This document shows, piece after piece, positions 42,615 through 54,219 of a stretch of DNA of 64,000 bases (positions are counted from its first letter, which is position 1; the number at the start of each line of letters is the position of its first letter). The stretch lies in the NCBI GenBank assembly GCA_002633005.1, contig NMRA01000270.1, positions 394,345-458,344 of the forward strand, read 5' to 3'. A program made the translations under genes and the position numbers. The notes under the pieces are model-generated. The model searched no databases and was not told the origin of the DNA. It was given only the letters and a program-made list of their open reading frames with translations. Origin of the DNA: Phoronis australis (Eukaryota > Animalia > Phoronida).

Positions 42615-43750
42615 TTAGAGATGGTAAAGCCGCCTGGCATTCCTGGTGGAAACAGCCAGGATGTCACGAAGCGGACGACGAGAACGCTGCGCCACCTCCA
42701 TAGCTACTTCCCCCAGGTATTGGGGCTTGCCCAATGGCGAGGTGCGGTGAATCAGATTCCAGGAGGAGTCGATTCATGGGAACCTCTTGTAACCCCTTAT
42801 TTTGGAACTTTAGAAACTGCCGCACATGACCGGCGAAGCCGAAATGGCAGTTTCTAAAGAACCCCGTCCACCGGAGTACATCCTCGGGCGCACCTCCAAA
42901 ACAATGGAGATGCAAACCCAAGTCTGCATCACAGTGGCGCTTCAGGAGATCAAAGACAAAGTCTTGTCCCTCCAAGAAGCGTGGATTGTCGGGGGAACCA
43001 CGAAGGTGGAACACCACGACTTTGTTTTTTGAAGCTGGGGGAGCTGGCCGGAACCTCTGCAAAGATCCGCACCATCTCCTCCAAAGCGTCTTTTTGGATG
43101 GCCAAGTCTTCCCGGGCCTCCAGACTGACCTCGCCTACGCCAGCTACAAAGGGCTCCTTCAGTAGCTGGGGGAGACACTCTAGAACACCGGGATTCGTTG
43201 TTCCAACCAGTTTGGGGTGGATGCCCACCACAGCCTTCCAGCCATGTGGGAAACGGGAAGCCTCAACGTACTTCCAGTTTTCCACATCGCAGAAAACTGC
43301 AATCCCACCAACCAACCGTACAGGTTTTTGAGGAACCCGTGGCAGCTGGGTGCTGAGCATCTGGTCGATCGTCAGCATCCTGGTCTCAGTGATATGACGC
43401 TGAGCCCAGGATGCCGACAAGCGATCCAGATGGAAGTGGGCATCTATAGCCAAATCAGGAGGTGGTCCTGATTTAGCTTTAGACGCGGACGGCGAAGCCC
43501 CCGATGAAGGTCGACCCTTTAGGGGCCTGCCAGGTGGCTGGCGGGCTTTTGTCACACACGACATCCGAGGGTACGAACCAGCATCCCGCACCCTTTGTGG
43601 AGGAGTGATCTTCTGCCTCCAGTGAAGCAGACGGCCAGCCTGATGGTTTAGGGTGTTACCAGAAGACGCCTCCTGAATATTAATAGTGTCCATAGGGGCA
43701 TCTACAAATTCAGGAGGTGAATCCTTCAAAACGGCAGGGTTGTGGGGCAC
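42615..43750 (-). pseudogene. TatD-family metal-dependent DNase ORF, element-encoded, two frameshifts
   Basis: DAHFHLD, VFCD, GIHPK, GVGEVSLE, VFHLRG, HLHCFGG, LLLESDSP, then PQYLGEVA..VA.R....L..STRNARRLY* in another frame; intronless. Confidence 0.9.
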
Positions 43751-44304
43751 CTTTGACCCCCTGAAATGGGATCCGGAACCAGGGTGTGCACAAAATCTAA
43801 TGACTCAGAATTAGTAACAACCTGGGTACTAGATACCGCTTTACCACTCAACTCAGACTTATCTATCAAATTAACCGGAACTAACACTGGGGTATTAATC
43901 ACATCAGTATCAGTAATGGGTAATTCAATCGGACCATTCTGAGTGAGCACAGAACTTTGGGAGGCTGGACACTTCATATCACCAAGGGAATTCTGAGCAC
44001 AAGGAATATCAGTAGACATGTCAACCAAATCATGAACTACATCATAAGATCTAGCCAAGACAGGTCGACCTCTCCCCCGACACTCATCGTGCACAGAAAT
44101 ACCTCGAGAAGAAGTGGACAAACTCCCTGCCCTAAAACAGTCTAACAGATTAGTCGATAGGCGTTTGATGTTTTTATTTAATGAACCTAATAGACCATCT
44201 GTGGGACTGAATTTCTTACTTGGGCGGTCTGAGGATACCCTACTATTGGTATCACGAGATTGGTCTGGAGTTAGACCTGATCGTCCATCCCCAACTCGTT
44301 TAAA
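43726..44304 (-). other. -1 frame (pol-position) ORF starting at slippery heptamer TTTAAAC; no enzyme motif recognised
   Basis: T TTA AAC (44298-44304) lies in the Gag frame 8 codons before its stop; the -1 frame is open from there to 43726. Confidence 0.65.
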
Positions 44305-45728
44305 TCATCAGACTTATCCCCAAAGGATGTACGACAAATTCTAGCAGACTGCGGGCTACGGCACGCAGACTGGTTGTGACCAAACTTACCACACTTAAAA
44401 CACAATACTGAAGGTCTCTGTGGGGAAGTTTGGGGGGACCTAGATAGTGGAGGGGATCTAACTGGTTTTGGATTAGAATCCAACAATTTTAATACCCTCG
44501 ACAAATCTGAGGTAATGCCCCTAAAATTCGAATTCATAGTCTGGGACATACTCTTAAGTTCTCGATGTATCAGGGCATTGTCTTCTTTAAGACCTCCTAT
44601 TTCCGAGTTGACCTTAGCCATCTGAGACTCTAAAGCATGCAGCCTAGACTCAACCGCAGAGTTTGAAGCAGAGGATGCTATTGGACCGAATTTAAGTGCA
44701 GGTTTTTTGTGCTGCGAAAGCAGGTTGACAGAAGCTTCGTCATTGCGCGATGGTGAGCCCTCGAACCAAACAGACCGACGGTTTTGATTTGCCATCAATT
44801 GCTGGGTCGTTGCGAACCATGCAGCTTTAGACTCTGCCTCAGCTAGGGACACGGGATGAGTTCATCACCTGCGTACCTACAACCTTATCCCGTAACTCAA
44901 GGGAGAAACGGAATACAAGATCTACTGTTTCTTGCTCCGAAGGGTTCGGGAAGGCTTTTAAAAACAACCTGTTTAACCTACACGCCCAGTTCTCAATAGA
45001 TTCCCCCGGCTTCTGCTTGGCGTATTGGAATTCAAGGCGTAGGACCTGGGTGCAGTCGGTCGAAGAAAAATGTTCTGGCGTGTGCAACCACGTCATCGAA
45101 ACCAGAATCTGGGTTCGTTCTCATGAAGTTAAGGAAGAAATGCAAAGCCACATTGTCCAAACACATTCCTAACTCCGAGACGCACTTGTCTTTGGACCAT
45201 AAGTTGTCCTTGGCTAAGCGCTGAAATTTCCAAAAAAAGTCGTCCCACTTGCCTTTTTCCCCTTGAAAAACTAGCTTAGACGGGGCATTTGGCCTTAAAC
45301 TATAGGGACGGGTGTGGGTAGACGGTAACCGTTCGGCTACCAGAACTCGGGGCAGGCACAGACGAAGAAGAATCCTGCTTAGTGGAGTACTTCCATCTTA
45401 TTGTAACAGGGGATTTGTTTAACCTGTCACAGGCCTGGGCAATGCCACTTAAGTCCTGGGGCAAACGGGTACGTACAGGACTACCCAGAGGAGAGGAATC
45501 TCGGGACTGAACATCATCATACTGGGTGAAATCAATGCCAGAAATAGCACTCCTCGTCAACCTCCATCCGGAATGGATGTGGTTAATATTTTCTGGGGTT
45601 ATCGGCTGAGTTTGCCGAAAAGCCAGAATGGATTGGGCAATATCTTCTGTCATGCCCGAGAGCTTGAATAACTCTTGGGAAAGACAGAAGTTTACCGGAA
45701 TCCTGTCTTGGAAAGACATCCTAAACAC
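44271..45728 (-). pseudogene. Gypsy-type Gag with N-terminal HhH, capsid-like region and CCHC zinc knuckle (frameshifted)
   Basis: PVNFCLSQELFKLSGMTEDIAQSILAFRQ (HhH-like); PSKLVFQGEKGKWDDFFWKFQRLAKDNLWS; FQYAKQKPGESIENWACRL; CFKCGKFGHNQSAC. Confidence 0.85.
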
Positions 45729-46056
45729 ACGGGGCTTCGTCTTAGGAAAACCACGTGGTCACGTGACCTATTCTATAATTTTTAGAAAGGTTCAAAACTC
45801 TAACTAAAATACAAAATAATAAATACAAACCATACTATATACAATTATACCAATAATAAATACCTATTTACATAAACCTACAATTCCTACACTAAACTAA
45901 TACCAAACGCTTGAAATTCTGGTAAACCTGAACTCGGGCACTGCAAAAGCAGTGACGCACGTGGCTGTCAAAATGGGTACGAGAAAACAAGTTATGAAAA
46001 GTTATTTCCCTCTTCCACCGAAAGACATGCACGCCGCTCCAACACTGGGAAATAGG

Positions 46057-46070
46057 TGCCGACTGCGCCA
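46057..46070 (-). promoter_or_regulatory. Primer-binding site complementary to the tRNA-Ser 3' end
   Basis: TGGCGCAGTCGGCA (copy 2: TGGCGTAGTCGGCA, 52672-52685), 2 nt after the LTR end ...ACAACA; complements the metazoan tRNA-Ser end TGCCGACTRCGCCA. Confidence 0.85.
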
Positions 46071-46072
46071 AA

Positions 46073-46372
46073 TGTTGTAATAAAGGGGTCGGCTGGCCAA
46101 GCAGACACACGAGTTTGGCCTATTAACGCGGTGCCAGAGAAAAGTCCGGAGTATACTCACATTACGTCCGTACAGGAAGGCAGCGAACTCCAGAAGGCCC
46201 AGATGATCTTGTCACGTGGTCTTGAAGGGTGACTGGTCACGTGATAGAAGGGTGAACTCGGCTGGGCTCTTCTGGCGTTAGATGTCGCACCAGGCCTAGA
46301 CCAACATTGTTAACAAAAGGACATCACAACATAGAGACGCCACAGCCGAGACTGACGTCGACATTTGCTACA
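46073..46372 (-). repeat. 5' LTR (300 bp, TGT...ACA)
   Basis: Bounded by the PBS on one side and by the break in the RecQ reading frame on the other; its start matches the post-PPT stub; contains two CACGTG E-boxes. Confidence 0.8.
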
Positions 46373-46930
46373 CTGTCAACAGACTTGCAGACAACAACAG
46401 TGTCATACGTAACTAGTCCAATCTGGATGTCTTCGCACATGGTTTTGCAAGCCGTGGCAGTCAGAGCAAATACTTATGCTTGGGGGAAAAATGGCTCCTA
46501 AGTCCTTAATACGGGCGTAATCCACGCCAAAGTCATCGCCCCACTGGACAACGCAGTGTGCTTTTTCAACCACAATGGTCAAATCCTTGTTTTGCCATAC
46601 CTCACATAAGAACATGCTCATGACCGAGTCATGCAGAATGTCTACAGGGTGACCTAACACAAAAGATGGACTCATCAGCTTTAACTTTTCACCCATACCT
46701 TTCCCTACGCGCACGCACAAGTCTCCCAGCCTTTGCTCCTGTTCCTCAATGATAGCAGTCAAGGGACTCAACAGGATGACACAACAATTGCCACGTCCAG
46801 TCTCGTCAAGATAGTGTGGCAAACATTCAAAGATTTATTACTTGCCGTAGTCTGTTGGCAATACAGCTTAAGTGTCCTTGGCTACAGATATCAAACTCTG
46901 AAACTGACCAGGCCGCAAAAGAGGGTATTG
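46373..46930 (-). pseudogene. Intronless RecQ-type SF2 helicase N-half (AcademH-like), cut by the LTR
   Basis: LRPGQ (Q motif), AVLPTDYGK (I), SPLTAIIEEQ (Ia), VVE(K/E)AHCVVQWGDDF (II), ALTATA (III), ends at KSVD; contains stops and frameshifts. Confidence 0.85.
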
Positions 46931-47423
46931 GGTCTTTCTGAGGTTATTAACGCTATATAGAGAAAACTTCGTGTGCAAAGACCTCGACAACGCTTTAAGT
47001 CCACTCAGCAACAAATGTATTTCCACCATTTAAAATGTAATTAATCGTATTTACTAGTAATACACCTGAAAAAATTGCTCACGGACTACCAAATTCCAGG
47101 AGCTTAGGTGCTAGAATTGCGCTGAACACCTTCTTAATGCGCAACAGCTTGGTAGGAGGACTTCCAGATGCCGTGCCACGCGTCGCAGGTCTCTATAACT
47201 TCGTGCTGCACGAAGTAAACCCATCAAGGACAGCACCCTCATTAAAGTCCTGAAGGTTAATATTTATGAATATGCATCGGTTAAGTAAACTTTCCGTCAG
47301 TTTTTTCTGCGTGTAACGTTATAAGCCAGCATCCCTTACAAAAACCCATTTCATATTGCACATCACTTACTCAGTTCACCTGTAGTAATCATTTCTTTCT
47401 TGCCCCAAAGCACGTGATTTTTG

Positions 47424-47608
47424 TACTGAAGCTACATGAAGGGGTGGACGCTCTTGCACCCGTAGTGCACGTGTGCAGCCTCGCATTGTTCGGCGTGATT
47501 CACGCTCAGGCAGTATTGGTGTAACCACATCCCACAGTCGTCACATTGGATCCAATCCCGCTGGGTTCAGTCCTGGCAGTGACCAAGCGACTGGGCTAAG
47601 CAGTTGTT
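47424..47608 (+). repeat. Interspersed repeat of about 185 bp, copy 2
   Basis: Matches 39736-39920 and 54035-54219. Confidence 0.9.
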
Positions 47609-47733
47609 GTTCCAAGTGTTGGGCATGTTTTGCCTTCATTCTTAAACCCTGTTAACTTGGTTCCTTTTATTTATAGGGGAAAACAGTAGACTGGGGCTCG
47701 GTAACGCTACGTCCTTGTTAAAAAGAAGAGTCC

Positions 47734-47766
47734 ATTATTGTCATAGCATGACAATAATCTTTCTAG
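47734..47766 (+). mobile_element. Helitron-like 3' terminus (hairpin then CTAG|T); copy at 54345-54377
   Basis: attattgtcat-agc-atgacaataat perfect 11-bp stem followed by cttt CTAG t. Confidence 0.55.
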
Positions 47767-47983
47767 TTTGTTTTTGTTCTTGCGTATTTTAATCTTTTTT
47801 ATTGCTTCAGGCTTTGTAATAAAGTTTGTTTTGGGGGAATTGATCAGCACTGTCCTTGAAACCTCCATATTTTGTGTGCAAGCTCTAGAACAAACTGATA
47901 CATGTACTTATGTTGTGGTGCGTGTTTCTTTGAGGTTCACACAATGTATCAACATTTCATGATAGTAACTTCATAATGAACTA

Positions 47984-48123
47984 CCGTAATCGTTCGGGTT
48001 AACGCCCTGGGCCGTTAAATTGGCGACTTCAAAAAATCGGGGGAGGGCGGTTAACCGAGCAGTGGGCGGTTAAATCGAAAATCCACCTAAAGTAGGGGAT
48101 GGGCGGTTAACCGAACATGGGCG
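47984..48123 (+). mobile_element. Left end of a TA-inserted CCGTA-type (Tc2/pogo-like) MITE
   Basis: TA|ccgtaatcgttcggg; empty site aacTA|cattgg at 54593 in unit 2; internal gggcggttaa repeats; identical sequence at 61410. Confidence 0.7.
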
Positions 48124-50569
48124 NNNNNNNNNNNNNNNNNNNNNNNNNNNNNNNNNNNNNNNNNNNNNNNNNNNNNNNNNNNNNNNNNNNNNNNNNNNNN
48201 NNNNNNNNNNNNNNNNNNNNNNNNNNNNNNNNNNNNNNNNNNNNNNNNNNNNNNNNNNNNNNNNNNNNNNNNNNNNNNNNNNNNNNNNNNNNNNNNNNNN
48301 NNNNNNNNNNNNNNNNNNNNNNNNNNNNNNNNNNNNNNNNNNNNNNNNNNNNNNNNNNNNNNNNNNNNNNNNNNNNNNNNNNNNNNNNNNNNNNNNNNNN
48401 NNNNNNNNNNNNNNNNNNNNNNNNNNNNNNNNNNNNNNNNNNNNNNNNNNNNNNNNNNNNNNNNNNNNNNNNNNNNNNNNNNNNNNNNNNNNNNNNNNNN
48501 NNNNNNNNNNNNNNNNNNNNNNNNNNNNNNNNNNNNNNNNNNNNNNNNNNNNNNNNNNNNNNNNNNNNNNNNNNNNNNNNNNNNNNNNNNNNNNNNNNNN
48601 NNNNNNNNNNNNNNNNNNNNNNNNNNNNNNNNNNNNNNNNNNNNNNNNNNNNNNNNNNNNNNNNNNNNNNNNNNNNNNNNNNNNNNNNNNNNNNNNNNNN
48701 NNNNNNNNNNNNNNNNNNNNNNNNNNNNNNNNNNNNNNNNNNNNNNNNNNNNNNNNNNNNNNNNNNNNNNNNNNNNNNNNNNNNNNNNNNNNNNNNNNNN
48801 NNNNNNNNNNNNNNNNNNNNNNNNNNNNNNNNNNNNNNNNNNNNNNNNNNNNNNNNNNNNNNNNNNNNNNNNNNNNNNNNNNNNNNNNNNNNNNNNNNNN
48901 NNNNNNNNNNNNNNNNNNNNNNNNNNNNNNNNNNNNNNNNNNNNNNNNNNNNNNNNNNNNNNNNNNNNNNNNNNNNNNNNNNNNNNNNNNNNNNNNNNNN
49001 NNNNNNNNNNNNNNNNNNNNNNNNNNNNNNNNNNNNNNNNNNNNNNNNNNNNNNNNNNNNNNNNNNNNNNNNNNNNNNNNCTGATAACTGTAGAGTCAAG
49101 CTGTTTGTCACTCCGTATTATCTTTCTCCACAGTTGTGGACAATACCAGTGTGATATCTATTGTGCATTTTTGATATGAAATTAACTTAACGGAAGATTA
49201 TTTAGAACGTTGGGAATCCTCACATCCACAACGACACAGCGTTTTATTTATTAAATGTGACCTTTTCCCCTGCACCTTGAAAGAATTGTAGGCATATTGA
49301 ATGTTTATGCCTACAAAATTACTTTTTGCGACAATCCAAACTTAATTCAAATAGCAAGGAATAATATCTCATTGTAATTAACAATATCTCAATGGCAATT
49401 TCAAGAAGCAACCATTACCACTCCGTTGGGCACATGTATATCTTAAGGGTGGATAATATGGAACTGTACCCGGATGAAAGAGTCAACATTTCGTTTAACG
49501 CATTTTATTAACACTACAACTAATATCATACAACAAATTGCTGGTAGTTTAGTTATCCTCTACGACAGTCATTTCTGTAATCAAACCTCTTTTTATGGTA
49601 GCGATAATGGCGAATGGATAATTTGGCATCTCTTTCGGCTTTCGACATTCGCTGTCAATCTTAAAAATACTGTGATCCGTTGAGATAATGGTGCTGCAAA
49701 CGATATGTTTTAGAAACAGTAAATCTGACGATATTTTCAATAAATTCTTTCATTATTCAAAGTGAATAACTGTCACTTTAGCATCCCCACCGGTTTGTGC
49801 GTTCCATGCCTCTATAAAGTCGCAAAGCAAAGCAGTCCAAGTACCTGAGTGGCAGCTCCCCAGTCTTGAGTGTCTCCTCTCGGAGTACTCTGTGAACAAG
49901 GCTTTACCTTGACATGGAGCCAGTTTCAATGGTACTCATAATGTCGTCTGTTGTACTTTCGTAGCAACAACTTGTTGCTTCATCTCTTTCTTGATATTTA
50001 TCAAGTACCTTTAGGAGTGTGTTACTACGTTATTGCTTTTCCATTTTTAACACTTAAAATCTTGCTTCAAAATTTCCAATCCAATGACCCAGTTTAGGTA
50101 AAGAATGGACGTTGATACACTGGGCACGGGCTAACTTGTACAAAAAACAGGTATTGGAATGACCAACGAAAAAAAGGGAAAATCTCCCAGATGATGTTTC
50201 GTTCCACAAATATATACGTTTGTATGATAGATATAGGTTTAACAACCCCCTCACCTATAAAATTTGGCACCTTTTAACTAAACATTCGTAGTGCGCTATG
50301 TCGCCTCGTTTACCGTGCTAACATGCGAAAATCGATTTTTTTTCTTAACTGTGTGAAAAAATCTCGTATTACTCAGTGTGACTTCATTAAATTTATGTGT
50401 GCATCATTAATCACAGGCACTGCATGCACTGTTATGCGACACTTTCAGTTTTGCAGTTAGCTTATGTTTGACAAAATCCGAAAACCTGGAGCAGTTTAAT
50501 GTAGGCTTAATTGATGCTTTTGCTGTCCCTGCTCATAAGCTAAAGTGAACAGTTCATTTTAAGCAGTTG

Positions 50570-52987
50570 CTGACTTCGACATTTGCTACATTCCTCCCTT
50601 CCCTAAAGAAAAGGAGTGGAGCCCTTATAGCAAATGGCGGACGTCATTCCCAACATCTAAACATAAACCCTTGACTAAGATAACAGTGACAAGACCTTAA
50701 ACCCTATAACTCAAATGATGTGGAGTGACCTTGTAAAGTAAGAATTACTGGTTAAAATTTAATCCAACTATTCCCCCCCACCAAAAAAAAAACAAATACT
50801 AATGAGACACACAGTCATAGCATATATCCACTATAGTAGTCGAACATGACTAAAAAATAAAAAAAGAAAAATAGGCTCCACTAATACCAGTACCAGGGAG
50901 CATAGAATTTCTGGACTATGCTATGACAACACTCTTATTGTTGATGATGACCTGGCGCGAGAATATATACAAAAAACTGAACAAAGAAAAGCATACTGGC
51001 CATAAAATGAGTATTCATTATACTTTAGTAGTGATGCACTGAGATATAAAATGATATAGTCTTTCATAACATATATAGACTATATAGAAAACTTAACTTA
51101 ATATACAAAAATAAACTATATTGTAACAACTAATACATAATACTATAGAAAGCATAGTCTTGAATATTTAAATAGACTATATATATATAGTATGAAAACA
51201 TAACTTGTAACAAAAGTATACTATATAGTTTTAACGAATAAACACTACTATATAAAAATAATGGACCAGTACGCTACTTAACTTCTTATACTACTTCGAT
51301 GAATGTTTTCAGTCATCCAGTTGGGTAAAAGAAACAACGTAGCCATCTCTACATAGCGTAAGTCCAGTAGTAGATTTATTTATTGTTTCTTATACTACTT
51401 AATACGGACATCACAATTCTCCTAGGACCAAGGGTAAGGCACAAACCCAGCGACCATAGTCAGACTCAGAGTTTATAATAACAGGCAGTTACCCAAGAGA
51501 CTAGGAGAAAACCTGGGGCATAGGTTATGACCCTGGCACACCAGGATGCTAAATCACTTCTAACAATTTGTTAGAGATGGTAAAGCCGCCTGGCATTCCT
51601 GGTGGAAACGGCCAGGATGTCACGCAGCAGACGACGAGAACGCTGCGCCACCTCCATAGCTACTTCCCCCAGGTATTGGGGCTTGCCCAATGGCGAGGTG
51701 CGGTGAATCAGACTCCAGGAGGAGTCGATTCATCGGAACCTCTTGTAACCCCTTATTTTGGAACTTTAGAAACTGCCGCACATGACCGGCGAAGCCGAAA
51801 TGGCAGTTTCTAAAGAACCCCGTCTACCTTAGTACATCCTCGGGCGCACCTCCAAAACAATGGAGATGTAAACCCAAGTCTGCATCACAGTGGCGCTTCA
51901 GGAGATCAAAGACAAAGTCTTGTCCCTCCAAGAAGCGTGGATTGTCGGGGGAACCATGAAGGTGGATCACCACGACTTTGTTTTTGAAGCTGGGGGAGCT
52001 GGCCCGAACCTCTGCTTGTAACAGGGGATTTGTTTAACCTGTCACAGGCCTGGGCAATGCCACTTAAGTCCTGGGGCAAACGGGTACGTACAGGGCTACC
52101 CAGAGGAGAGGTATCTCGGGACTGAACATCATCATACTGAACATCATCAATGCCAGAAATAGCACTCCTCGTCAACCTCCATCCGGAATGGATGTGGTTA
52201 ATATTTTGTGAGGTTAACGGCTGAGTTTGCCGAAAAGCCAGAATGGATTGGGCAATATCTTCTGTCATGCCCGAGAGCTTGAATAACTCTTGGGAAAGAC
52301 AGAAGTTTACCGGAATCCTGTCTTGGAAAGACATCCTAAACACACGGGGCTTCATCTTAGGAAAACCACGTGGTCACGTGACCTATTCTAGAATTTCTAG
52401 AAAGGTTCAAAACTCTAACTAAAATACAAAATAATAAATACAAACCATACTATATACAATTATACCAATAATAAATACCTATTTACATAAACCTACAATT
52501 CCTACACTAAACTAATGCCAAATGCTTGAAATTCTGGTAAACCTGAACTCAGGCACTGCAAAAGCAGTGACGCACGAGGCTGTCAAATTGGGTACGAGAA
52601 AACAAGTTATGAAAAGTTATTTCCCGCTTCCACCGAAAGACATGCACGCCGCTCCAACACCGGGAAATAGGTGCCGACTACGCCAAATGTTGTAATAAAG
52701 GGGTCGGCTGGCCAAGCAGACACACGAGTTTGGCCTATTAACGTGGTGCCAGAGAAAAGTCCGGAGTATACTCACATTACGTCCGTACAGGACGGCAGCG
52801 AACTCCAGAAGGCCCAGATGATCTTGTCACGTGGTCTTGAAGGGTGACTGGTCACGTGATAGAAGGGTGAACTCGGCTGGGCTCTTCTGGCGTCAGATGT
52901 CGCACCAGGCCTAGACCAACATTGTTAACAAAAGGACATCACAACATAGAGACGCCACAGCCGAGACTGACGTCGACATATGCTACA
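50570..52987 (-). mobile_element. Second, further-deleted copy of the TatD-carrying LTR element
   Basis: LTR 52688-52987, PBS 52672-52685, HhH region joined to the TatD C-half near 52015, PPT and stub 50570-50604. Confidence 0.85.
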
Positions 52988-53545
52988 CTGTCAACAGACT
53001 TGCAGACAACAACAGTGTCATACGTAACTAGTCCAATCTGGATGTCTTCGCACATGGTTTTGCAAGCCGTGGCAGTCAGAGCAAATACTTATGCTTGGGG
53101 GAAAAATGGCTCCTAAGTCCTTAATACGGGCGTAATCCACGCCAAAGTCATCGCCCCACTGGACAACGCAGTGTGCTTCTTCAACCACAATGGTCAAATC
53201 CTTGTTTTGCCATACCTCACATAAGAACATGCTCATGACCGAGTCATGCAGAATGTCTACAGGGTGACCTAACACAAAAGATGGACTCATCAGCTTTAAC
53301 TTTTCGCCCATACCTTTCCCTACGCGCACGCACAAGTCTCCCAGCCTTTGCTCCTGTTCCTCAATGATAGCAGTCAAGGGACTCAACAGGATGACACAAC
53401 AATTGCCACGTCCAGTCTCGTCAAGATAGTGTGGCAAACATTCAAAGATTTATTACTTGCCGTAGTCTGTTGGCAATACAGCTTAAGTGTCCTTGGCTAC
53501 AGATATCAAACTCTGAAACTGACCAGGCCGCAAAAGAGGGTATTG
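52988..53545 (-). pseudogene. RecQ-type helicase fragment, copy 2
   Basis: Same motifs as 46373-46930, with VVEEAHCVVQWG. Confidence 0.85.
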
Positions 53546-54034
53546 GGTCTTTCTGAGGTTATTAACGCTATATAGAGAAAACTTCGTGTGCAAAGACCTC
53601 GACAACGCTTTAAGTCCACTCAGCAACAAATGTACACCATTTAAAACGTAATTAATCGTATTTACTAGTAATACACCTGAAAAAATTGCTCATGGGCTAC
53701 CAAATTCCAGGAGCTTAGGTGCTAGAATTGCGCTGAACACCTTCTTAATGCGCGACAGCTTGGTAGGAGGACTTCCAGATGCCTTGCCACGAGTCGCAGG
53801 TCTCCATAACTTGGTGCTGCACGAAGTAAACCCATCAAGGACAGCACCCTCATTAAAGTCCTGAAGGTTAATATTTATGAATATGCATCGGTTAAGTAAA
53901 CTTTCCGTCAGTTTTTTCTGCGTGTAACGTTATAAGCCAGCATCCCGTACAAAAACCGATTTCATATTGCACATCACTTACTCAGTTCACCTGTAGTAAT
54001 CATTTCTTTCTTGCCCCAAAACACGTGATTTTTG

Positions 54035-54219
54035 TACTGAAGCTACATGAAGGGGTGGACGCTCTTGCACCCGTAGTGCACGTGTGCAGCCTCGCATTGT
54101 TCGGCGTGATTCACGCTCAGGCAGTATTGGTGTAACCACATCCCACAGTCGTCACATTGGATCCAATACCGCTGGGTTCAGTCCTGGCAGTGACCAAGCG
54201 ACTGGGCTAAGCAGTTGTT
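54035..54219 (+). repeat. Interspersed repeat of about 185 bp, copy 3
   Basis: Matches 47424-47608. Confidence 0.9.

Larger units (their letters stand above)
41722..46372 (-). mobile_element. Gypsy-like LTR retroelement, pol-less derivative carrying HhH-Gag and a TatD nuclease ORF
   Basis: 5' LTR 46073-46372, tRNA-Ser PBS, Gag, TTTAAAC frameshift site, TatD ORF, AT-rich 3' UTR, PPT, 21-bp 3' LTR stub. Confidence 0.85.
40212..47983. repeat. Segmental duplication, unit 1
   Basis: Colinear and near-identical to 49081-54594 apart from indels. Confidence 0.92.

Noticed and set aside
42615-43750. TatD as a host gene or bacterial contamination/Tat operon
   Set aside because: No tatABC genes, no introns, frameshifted, and enclosed by PBS, Gag and PPT within eukaryotic repeats.
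46073-46331. Alternative LTR boundary defined by the tgttgtaat...atcacaaca inverted ends
   Set aside because: The post-PPT stub and the RecQ break point both place the LTR start at 46372.
47734-47983. Helitron transposition as the cause of the 40-54 kb duplication
   Set aside because: Shared sequence continues about 220 bp past the CTAG terminus in both units.
48107-49154. Long ORFs in the supplied track (also 24114-24746, 28217-28612, 60853-61444)
   Set aside because: They run through N gaps.
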